NCBI GenBank assembly: GCA_964057225.1
Contig: OZ059897.1
Location: 9,362,001 to 9,426,000, forward strand
Source of the DNA: Auanema rhodensis
Lineage: Eukaryota > Animalia > Nematoda
Direction of reading: 5' to 3'
Length of the DNA stretch: 64,000 nucleotides
Positions 53,074 through 64,000 of this stretch are shown here, piece after piece; the first letter of the stretch is position 1, and each line of letters begins with the position of its first letter. Below the pieces are notes generated by a model. The model had not been told where the DNA came from, searched no databases, and worked only from the letters and a program-made list of their open reading frames with translations. The translations under genes were made by a program, and so were the position numbers.

Positions 53074-56000
53074 GAATTATTCTGATTTCATCTGCATAAA
53101 GATCCAGTAGAAAATTACCTTTTGCTCTGAACATCTAAATGATTCAATACAATATCAGAAATCACAGCCCGGTTAGCTCAGTCGGTAGAGCACCAGACTC
53201 TTAATCTGGCTGTCGCGGGTTCGAGCCCCGCATCGGGCTTTAAGTTTTACCTTTCATTTGAAATTATAACGTTTATTTTGAAAATTTATTCCTAACCTTT
53301 TTCTGATCAGATAGAATTCTGTAGATGTAACATTGTTTCAGTTCTTAGAACTCTGTTTAAGTGTTTTCAAACTTTGTATAGATACCAAGAAAAATGAAAT
53401 GATAGAGATAGAACACTTCTAAGATCTTGATCCAAGGTTTTTCTGACGGACTGATCCATTAGAACCAAAGATTACAAGAATTATTCTGATTTCACCTGCA
53501 TGAAGATCCAGTAGAAAATTACCTTTTGCTCTGAACATCTAAATGATTCAATACAATATCAGAAATCACAGCCCGGTTAGCTCAGTCGGTAGAGCACCAG
53601 ACTCTTAATCTGGCTGTCGCGGGTTCGAGCCCCGCATCGGGCTTTAAGTTTTACCTTTTATTTGAAATTATAACGTTTATTTTGAAAATTTATTCCTAAC
53701 CTCTTTCTGATCAGATAGAATTCTGTAGATGTAACATTGTTTCAGTTCTTAGAACTCTGTTTAAGTGTTTTCAAACTTTGTATAGAAACCAAGAAAAATG
53801 AAATGATAGAGATAGAACACTTCTAAGATCTTGATCCAAGGTTTTTCTGACGGACTGATCCATTAGAACCAAAGATTACAAGAATTATTCTGATTTCACC
53901 TGCATAAAGATCCAGTAGAAAATTACGTTATGCTCTGAACATCTAAATGATTCAATACAATATTAGAAATCACAGCCCGGTTAGCTCAGTCGGTAGAGCA
54001 CCAGACTCTTAATCTGGCTGTCGCGGGTTCGAGCCCAGCATCGGGCTTTAAGTTTTACCTTTTATTTGAAATTATAACGTTTATTTTGAAATTTCATTTC
54101 TAACCTCTTTCTGATCAGATAGAATTCTGTAGATGTAACATTGTTTCAGTTTTTAGAACTCTGTTTGAGTGTTTTCAAACTTTGTATAGATACCAAGAAA
54201 AATGAAATGAGAGAGATAGAACACTTCTAAGATCTTGATCCAAGGTTTTTCTGACGGACTGATTCATTAGAACCAAAGATAACAAGAATTATTCTGATTT
54301 CACCTGCATAAAGATCCAGTAGAAAATTACGTTATGCTCTGAACATCTAAATGATTCAATACAATATTAGAAATCACAGCCCGGTTAGCTCAGTCGGTAG
54401 AGCACCAGACTCTTAATCTGGCTGTCGCGGGTTCGAGCCCCGCATCGGGCTTTAAGTTTTACCTTTTCTTGAAATTTTAACGTTTATTTTGAAAATTTAT
54501 TCCTAACCTCTTTCTGATCAGATAGAATTCTGTAGATGTAACATTGTTTCAGTTCTTAGAACTCTGTTTAAGTGTTTTCAATCTTTGTATAGATAACAAG
54601 AAAAATAAAATGATAGAGATAGAACACTTCTAAGATCTTGATCTAAAATTTTTCTGACGGACTGATCCATTAGAACCAAAGATAACAAGAATTATTCTGA
54701 TTTCACCTGCATAAAGATCCAGTAGAAAATTACGTTATGCTCTGAACATCTAAATGATTCAATACAATATTAGAAATCACAGCCCGGTTAGCTCAGTCGG
54801 TAGAGCACCAGACTCTTAATCTGGCTGTCGCGGGTTCGAGCCCAGCATCGGGCTTTAAGTTTTACCTTTTATTTGAAATTATAACGTTTATTTTGAAATT
54901 TCATTTCTAACCTCTTTCTGATCAGATAGAATTCTGTAGATGTAACATTGTTTCAGTTTTTAGAACTCTGTTTGAGTGTTTTCAAACTTTGTATAGATAC
55001 CAAGAAAAATAAAATGATAGAGATAGAACACTTCTAAGATCTTGATCTAAAATTTTTCTGACGGACTGATTCATTAGAACCAAAGATAACAAGAATTATT
55101 CTGATTTCACCTGCATAAAGATCCAGTAGAAAATTACGTTATGCTCTGAACATCTAAATGATTCAATACAATATTAGAAATCACAGCCCGGTTAGCTCAG
55201 TCGGTAGAGCACCAGACTCTTAATCTGGCTGTCGCGGGTTCGAGCCCCGCATCGGGCTTTAAGTTTTACCTTTTATTTGAAATTATAACGTTTATTTTGA
55301 AAATTTATTCCTAACCTTTTTCTGATCAGATAGAATTCTGTAGATGTAACATTGTTTCAGTTTTTAGAACTCTGTTTAAGTGTTTTCAATCTTTGTATAG
55401 ATAACAAGAAAAATAAAATGATAGAGATAGAACACTTCTAAGATCTTGATCCAAGGTTTTTCTGACGGACTGATCCATTAGAACCAAAGATAACAAGAAT
55501 TATTCTGATTTCACCTGCATAAAGATCCAGTAGAAAATTACGTTATGCTCTGAACATCTAAATGATCCAACACAATATCAGAAATCACAGCCCGGTTAGC
55601 TCAGTCGGTAGAGCACCAGACTCTTAATCTGGCTGTCGCGGGTTCGAGCCCCGCATCGGGCTTTAAGTTTTACCTTTTATTTGAAATTATAACGTTTATT
55701 TTGAAATTTCATTTCTAACCTCTTTCTGATCAGATAGAATTCTGTAGATGTAACATTGTTTCAGTTTTTAGAACTCTGTTTGAGTGTTTTCAAACTTTGT
55801 ATAGATAACAAGAAAAATAAAATGATAGAGATAGAACACTTCTAAGATCTTGATCTAAAATTTTTCTGACGGACTGATTCATTAGAACCAAAGATAACAA
55901 GAATTATTCTGATTTCACCTGCATAAAGATCCAGTAGAAAATTACGTTATGCTCTGAACATCTAAATGATTCAATACAATATTAGAAATCACAGCCCGGT

Positions 56001-59000
56001 TAGCTCAGTCGGTAGAGCACCAGACTCTTAATCTGGCTGTCGCGGGTTCGAGCCCCGCATCGGGCTTTAAGTTTTACCTTTTATTTGAAATTATAACGTT
56101 TATTTTGAAAATTTATTCCTAACCTTTTTCTGATCAGATAGAATTCTGTAGATGTAACATTGTTTCAGTTTTTAGAACTCTGTTTAAGTGTTTTCAAACT
56201 TTGTATAGATACCAAGAAAAATAAAATGATAGGGATAGAACACTTCTAAGATCTTGATCCAAGGTTTTTCTGACGGACTGATCCATTAGAACCAAAGATT
56301 ACAAGAATTATTCTGATTTCATCTGCATAAAGATCCAGTAGAAAATTACCTTTTGCTCTGAACATCTAAATGATTCAATACAATATCAGAAATCACAGCC
56401 CGGTTAGCTCAGTCGGTAGAGCACCAGACTCTTAATCTGGCTGTCGCGGGTTCGAGCCCCGCATCGGGCTTTAAGTTTTACCTTTTATTTGAAATTATAA
56501 CGTTTATTTTGAAAATTTATTCCTAACCTCTTTCTGATCAGATAGAATTCTGTAGATGTAACATTGTTTCAGTTCTTAGAACTCTGTTTAAGTGTTTTCA
56601 AACTTTGTATAGATACCAAGAAAAATAAAATGATAGGGATAGAACACTTCTAAGATCTTGATCCAAGGTTTTTCTGACGGACTGATCCATTAGAACCAAA
56701 GATAACAAGAATTATTCTGATTTCACCTGCATAAAGATCCAGTAGAAAATTACGTTATGCTCTGAACATCTAAATGATTCAATACAATATCAGAAATCAC
56801 AGCCCGGTTAGCTCAGTCGGTAGAGCACCAGACTCTTAATCTGGCTGTCGCGGGTTCGAGCCCCGCATCGGGCTTTAAGTTCTACCTTTTATTTGAAATT
56901 ATAACGTTTATTTTGAAATTTCATTTCTAACCTCTTTCTGATCAGATAGTATTCTGTAGATGTAACATTGTTTCAGTTCTTAGAACTCTGTTTAAGTGTT
57001 TTCAAACTTTGTATAGATACCAAGAAAAATAAAATGATAGAGATAGAACACTTCTAAGATCTTGATCCAAGGTTTTTCTGACGGACTGATCCATTAGAAC
57101 CAAAGATTACAAGAATTATTCTGATTTCATCTGCATAAAGATCCAGTAGAAAATTACGTTATGCTCTGAACATCTAAATGATTCAATACAATATCAGAAA
57201 TCACAGCCCGGTTAGCTCAGTCGGTAGAGCACCAGACTCTTAATCTGGCTGTCGCGGGTTCGAGCCCCGCATCGGGCTTTAAGTTTTACCTTTTATTTGA
57301 AATTATAACGTTTATTTTGAAAATTTATTCCTAACCTCTTTCTGATCAGATAGAATTCTGTAGATGTAACATTGTTTCAGTTCTTAGAACTCTGTTTAAG
57401 TGTTTTCAAACTTTGTATAGATAACAAGAAAAATAAAATGATAGAGATAGAACACTTCTAAGATCTTGATCCAAGGTTTTTCTGACGGACTGATCCATTA
57501 GAACCAAAGATAACAAGAATTATTCTGATTTCACCTGCATAAAGATCCAGTAGAAAATTACGTTATGCTCTGAACATCTAATGATTCAATACAATATTAG
57601 AAATCACAGCCCGGTTAGCTCAGTCGGTAGAGCACCAGACTCTTAATCTGGCTGTCGCGGGTTCGAGCCCCGCATCGGGCTTTAAGTTTTACCTTTCATT
57701 TGAAATTATAACGTTTATTTTGAAAATTTATTCCTAACCTCTTTCTGATCAGATAGAATTCTGTAGATGTAACATTGTTTCAGTTCTTAGAACTCTGTTT
57801 AAGTGTTTTCAAACTTTGTATAGATAACAAGAAAAATAAAATGATAGAGATAGAACACTTCTAAGATCTTGATCTAAAATTTTTCTGACGGACTGATCCA
57901 TTAGAACCAAAGATAACAAGAATTATTCTGATTTCACCTGCATAAAGATCCAGTAGAAAATTACGTTATGCTATGAACATCTAAATGATTCAATACAATA
58001 TTAGAAATCACAGCCCGGTTAGCTCAGTCGGTAGAGCACCAGACTCTTAATCTGGCTGTCGCGGGTTCGAGCCCCGCATCGGGCTTTAAGTTTTACCTTT
58101 TATTTGAAATTATAACGTTTATTTTGAAAATTTATTCCTAACCTCTTTCTGATCAGATAGAATTCTGTAGATGTAACATTGTTTCAGTTCTTAGAACTCT
58201 GTTTAAGTGTTTTCAAACTTTGTATAGATAACAAGAAAAATAAAATGATAGAGATAGAACACTTCTAAGATCTTGATCTAAAATTTTTCTGACGGACTGA
58301 TCCATTAGAACCAAAGATAACAAGAATTATTCTGATTTCACCTGCATAAAGATCCAGTAGAAAATTACGTTATGCTCTGAACATCTAAATGATTCAATAC
58401 AATATTAGAAATCACAGCCCGGTTAGCTCAGTCGGTAGAGCACCAGACTCTTAATCTGGCTGTCGCGGGTTCGAGCCCCGCATCGGGCTTTAAGTTTTAC
58501 CTTTTATTTGAAATTATAACGTTTATTTTGAAAATTTATTCCTAACCTCTTTCTGATCAGATAGAATTCTGTAGATGTAACATTGTTTCAGTTCTTAGAA
58601 CTCTGTTTAAGTGTTTTCAAACTTTGTATAGATACCAAGAAAAATAAAATGATAGGGATAGAACACTTCTAAGATCTTGATCCAAGGTTTTTCTGACGGA
58701 CTGATCCATTAGAACCAAAGATAACAAGAATTATTCTGATTTCACCTGCATAAAGATCCAGTAGAAAATTACGTTATGCTCTGAACATCTAAATGATTCA
58801 ATACAATATCAGAAATCACAGCCCGGTTAGCTTAGTCGGTAGAGCACCAGACTCTTAATCTGGCTGTCGCGGGTTCGAGCCCCGCATCGGGCTTTAAGTT
58901 CTACCTTTTATTTGAAATTATAACGTTTATTTTGAAATTTCATTTCTAACCTCTTTCTGATCAGATAGTATTCTGTAGATGTAACATTGTTTCAGTTCTT

Positions 59001-62000
59001 AGAACTCTGTTTGAGTGTTTTCAAACTTTGTATAGATACCAAGAAAAATGAAATGAGAGAGATAGAACACTTCTAAGATCTTGATCCAAGGTTTTTCTGA
59101 CGGACTGATTCATTAGAACCAAAGATAACAAGAATTATTCTGATTTCACCTGCATAAAGATCCAGTAGAAAATTACGTTATGCTCTGAACATCTAAATGA
59201 TTCAATACAATATCAGAAATCACAGCCCGGTTAGCTCAGTCGGTAGAGCACCAGACTCTTAATCTGGCTGTCGCGGGTTCGAGCCCCGCATCGGGCTTTA
59301 AGTTTTACCTTTTATTTGAAATTATAACGTTTATTTTGAAAATTTATTCCTAACCTCTTTCTGATCAGATAGAATTCTGTAGATGTAACATTGTTTCAGT
59401 TCTTAGAACTCTGTTTAAGTGTTTTCAAACTTTGTATAGATAACAAGAAAAATAAAATGATAGAGATAGAACACTTCTAAGATCTTGATCCAAGGTTTTT
59501 CTGACGGACTGATCCATTAGAACCAAAGATAACAAGAATTATTCTGATTTCACCTGCATAAAGATCCAGTAGAAAATTACGTTATGCTCTGAACATCTAA
59601 TGATTCAATACAATATTAGAAATCACAGCCCGGTTAGCTCAGTCGGTAGAGCACCAGACTCTTAATCTGGCTGTCGCGGGTTCGAGCCCCGCATCGGGCT
59701 TTAAGTTTTACCTTTCATTTGAAATTATAACGTTTATTTTGAAAATTTATTCCTAACCTCTTTCTGATCAGATAGAATTCTGTAGATGTAACATTGTTTC
59801 AGTTCTTAGAACTCTGTTTAAGTGTTTTCAAACTTTGTATAGATAACAAGAAAAATAAAATGATAGAGATAGAACACTTCTAAGATCTTGATCTAAAATT
59901 TTTCTGACGGACTGATCCATTAGAACCAAAGATAACAAGAATTATTCTGATTTCACCTGCATAAAGATCCAGTAGAAAATTACGTTATGCTCTGAACATC
60001 TAAATGATTCAATACAATATTAGAAATCACAGCCCGGTTAGCTCAGTCGGTAGAGCACCAGACTCTTAATCTGGCTGTCGCGGGTTCGAGCCCCGCATCG
60101 GGCTTTAAGTTTTACCTTTTATTTGAAATTATAACGTTTATTTTGAAAATTTATTCCTAACCTCTTTCTGATCAGATAGAATTCTGTAGATGTAACATTG
60201 TTTCAGTTCTTAGAACTCTGTTTAAGTGTTTTCAAACTTTGTATAGATAACAAGAAAAATAAAATGATAGAGATAGAACACTTCTAAGATCTTGATCCAA
60301 GGTTTTTCTGACGGACTGATCCATTAGAACCAAAGATAACAAGAATTATTCTGATTTCACCTGCATAAAGATCCAGTAGAAAATTACGTTATGCTCTGAA
60401 CATCTAAATGATTCAATACAATATTAGAAATCACAGCCCGGTTAGCTCAGTCGGTAGAGCACCAGACTCTTAATCTGGCTGTCGCGGGTTCGAGCCCCGC
60501 ATCGGGCTTTAAGTTTTACCTTTTATTTGAAATTATAACGTTTATTTTGAAAATTTATTCCTAACCTTTTTCTGATCAGATAGAATTCTGTAGATGTAAC
60601 ATTGTTTCAGTTCTTAGAACTCTGTTTAAGTGTTTTCAAACTTTGTATAGATAACAAGAAAAATAAAATGATAGAGATAGAACACTTCTAAGATCTTGAT
60701 CCAAGGTTTTTCTGACGGACTGATCCATTAGAACCAAAGATAACAAGAATTATTCTGATTTCACCTGCATAAAGATCCAGTAGAAAATTACGTTATGCTC
60801 TGAACATCTAAATGATTCAATACAATATTAGAAATCACAGCCCGGTTAGCTCAGTCGGTAGAGCACCAGACTCTTAATCTGGCTGTCGCGGGTTCGAGCC
60901 CCGCATCGGGCTTTAAGTTTTACCTTTCATTTGAAATTATAACGTTTATTTTGAAAATTTATTCCTAACCTCTTTCTGATCAGATAGAATTCTGTAGATG
61001 TAACATTGTTTCAGTTCTTAGAACTCTGTTTAAGTGTTTTCAAACTTTGTATAGATAACAAGAAAAATAAAATGATAGAGATAGAACACTTCTAAGATCT
61101 TGATCCAAGGTTTTTCTGACGGACTGATCCATTAGAACCAAAGATAACAAGAATTATTCTGATTTCACCTGCATAAAGATCCAGTAGAAAATTACGTTAT
61201 GCTCTGAACATCTAAATGATTCAATACAATATTAGAAATCACAGCCCGGTTAGCTCAGTCGGTAGAGCACCAGACTCTTAATCTGGCTGTCGCGGGTTCG
61301 AGCCCCGCATCGGGCTTTACGTTTTACCTTTTATTTGAAATTATAACGTTTATTTTGAAAATTTATTCCTAACCTCTTTCTGATCAGATAGAATTCTGTA
61401 GATGTAACATTGTTTCAGTTCTTAGAACTCTGTTTAAGTGTTTTCAAACTTTGTATAGATAACAAGAAAAATAAAATGATAGAGATAGAACACTTCTAAG
61501 ATCTTGATCCAAGGTTTTTCTGACGGACTGATCCATTAGAACCAAAGATAACAAGAATTATTCTGATTTCACCTGCATAAAGATCCAGTAGAAAATTACG
61601 TTATGCTCTGAACATCTAAATGATTCAATACAATATTAGAAATCACAGCCCGGTTAGCTCAGTCGGTAGAGCACCAGACTCTTAATCTGGCTGTCGCGGG
61701 TTCGAGCCCCGCATCGGGCTTTAAGTTTTACCTTTTATTTGAAATTATAACGTTTATTTTGAAAATTTATTCCTAACCTCTTTCTGATCAGATAGAATTC
61801 TGTAGATGTAACATTGTTTCAGTTCTTAGAACTCTGTTTAAGTGTTTTGAAACTTTGTATAGATAACAAGAAAAATAAAATGATAGAGATAGAACACTTC
61901 TAAGATCTTGATCTAAAATTTTTCTGACGGACTGATCAATTAGAACCAAAGATAACAAGAATTATTCTGATTTCACCTGCATAAAGATCCAGTAGAAAAT

Positions 62001-64000
62001 TACGTTATGCTCTGAACATCTAAATGATTCAATACAATATTAGAAATCACAGCCCGGTTAGCTCAGTCGGTAGAGCACCAGACTCTTAATCTGGCTGTCG
62101 CGGGTTCGAGCCCCGCATCGGGCTTTAAGTTTTACCTTTTATTTGAAATTATAACGTTTATTTTGAAAATTTATTCCTAACCTCTTTCTGATCAGATAGA
62201 ATTCTGTAGATGTAACATTGTTTCAGTTCTTAGAACTCTATTTAAGTGTTTTCAAACTTTGTATAGATAACAAGAAAAATAAAATGATAGAGATAGAACA
62301 CTTCTAAGATCTTGATCTAAAATTTTTCTGACGGACTGATCCATTAGAACCAAAGATAACAAGAATTATTCTGATTTCACCTGCATAAAGATCCAGTAGA
62401 AAATTACGTTATGCTCTGAACATCTAAATGATTCAATACAATATTAGAAATCACAGCCCGGTTAGCTCAGTCGGTAGAGCACCAGACTCTTAATCTGGCT
62501 GTCGCGGGTTCGAGCCCCGCATCGGGCTTTAAGTTTTACCTTTCATTTGAAATTATAACGTTTATTTTGAAATTTCATTTCTAACCTCTTTCTGATCAGA
62601 TAGAATTCTGTAGATGTAACATTGTTTCAGTTCTTAGAACTCTGTTTAAGTGTTTTCAAACTTTGTATAGATAACAAGAAAAATAAAATGATAGAGATAG
62701 AACACTTCTAAGATCTTGATCTAAAATTTTTCTGACGGACTGATCCATTAGAACCAAAGATAACAAGAATTATTCTGATTTCACCTGCATAAAGATCCAG
62801 TAGAAAATTACGTTATGCTCTGAACATCTAAATGATTCAATACAATATTAGAAATCACAGCCCGGTTAGCTCAGTCGGTAGAGCACCAGACTCTTAATCT
62901 GGCTGTCGCGGGTTCGAGCCCCGCATCGGGCTTTAAGTTTTACCTTTTATTTGAAATTATAACGTTTATTTTGAAAATTTATTCCTAACCTCTTTCTGAT
63001 CAGATAGAATTCTGTAGATGTAACATTGTTTCAGTTCTTAGAACTCTGTTTAAGTGTTTTGAAACTTTGTATAGATAACAAGAAAAATAAAATGATAGAG
63101 ATAGAACACTTCTAAGATCTTGATCTAAAATTTTTCTGACGGACTGATCAATTAGAACCAAAGATAACAAGAATTATTCTGATTTCACCTGCATAAAGAT
63201 CCAGTAGAAAATTACGTTATGCTATGAACATCTAAATGATTCAATACAATATTAGAAATCACAGCCCGGTTAGCTCAGTCGGTAGAGCACCAGACTCTTA
63301 ATCTGGCTGTCGCGGGTTCGAGCCCCGCATCGGGCTTTAAGTTTTACCTTTTATTTGAAATTATAACGTTTATTTTGAAAATTTATTCCTAACCTCTTTC
63401 TGATCAGATAGAATTCTGTAGATGTAACATTGTTTCAGTTCTTAGAACTCTGTTTAAGTGTTTTCAAACTTTGTATAGATAACAAGAAAAATAAAATGAT
63501 AGAGATAGAACACTTCTAAGATCTTGATCTAAAATTTTTCTGACGGACTGATCCATTAGAACCAAAGATAACAAGAATTATTCTGATTTCACCTGCATAA
63601 AGATCCAGTAGAAAATTACGTTATGCTCTGAACATCTAAATGATTCAATACAATATTAGAAATCACAGCCCGGTTAGCTCAGTCGGTAGAGCACCAGACT
63701 CTTAATCTGGCTGTCGCGGGTTCGAGCCCCGCATCGGGCTTTAAGTTTTACCTTTTATTTGAAATTATAACGTTTATTTTGAAAATTTATTCCTAACCTC
63801 TTTCTGATCAGATAGAATTCTGTAGATGTAACATTGTTTCAGTTCTTAGAACTCTGTTTAAGTGTTTTCAAACTTTGTATAGATAACAAGAAAAATAAAA
63901 TGATAGAGATAGAACACTTCTAAGATCTTGATCCAAGGTTTTTCTGACGGACTGATCCATTAGAACCAAAGATAACAAGAATTATTCTGATTTCACCTGC
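53074..64000 (+). repeat. tRNA-Lys(CTT) array block (~27 copies), continuing past the right edge
   Basis: Same unit; tRNAs from 53167 to ~63668. Confidence 0.98.

Noticed and set aside
668-64000. CRISPR-like repeat/spacer array
   Set aside because: The conserved part is a 73-nt tRNA, the spacers are near-identical rather than unique, and no cas genes are present.
1-64000. Naming the host organism
   Set aside because: AT-richness, short introns, U73 tRNA-Lys and possible UAR recoding fit several microbial eukaryote groups; not decidable here.

Overview
Eukaryotic, AT-rich DNA. Most of the window is a head-to-tail array of a ~404-bp unit carrying one intronless tRNA-Lys(CTT) gene on the + strand. 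I hand-counted about 119 copies, five of them 3'-truncated. The array is interrupted by LTR retroelements with no recognisable gag/pol. Family B is present as three full copies (B1 on -, B2 and B3 on +), and B3 is a segmental duplicate of B2. Element C is a diverged B relative cut by the left window edge. Element A has a tandem LTR-internal-LTR-internal(truncated) structure. All carry a tRNA-Gln-type primer-binding site. B has 4-bp target-site duplications, and B and C LTRs end in CG...CG rather than TG...CA. The main finding is missed or only partly captured by the ORF track: family B carries an antisense, intron-containing ~163-166 codon cargo gene. It exists as two gap-free versions only ~48% identical in exon 2, inside an otherwise highly similar backbone. 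Both end in TGA at the same position but contain in-frame TAA/TAG codons, suggesting either a host code with UAR reassigned or pseudogenisation. All counts and alignments were done by eye.
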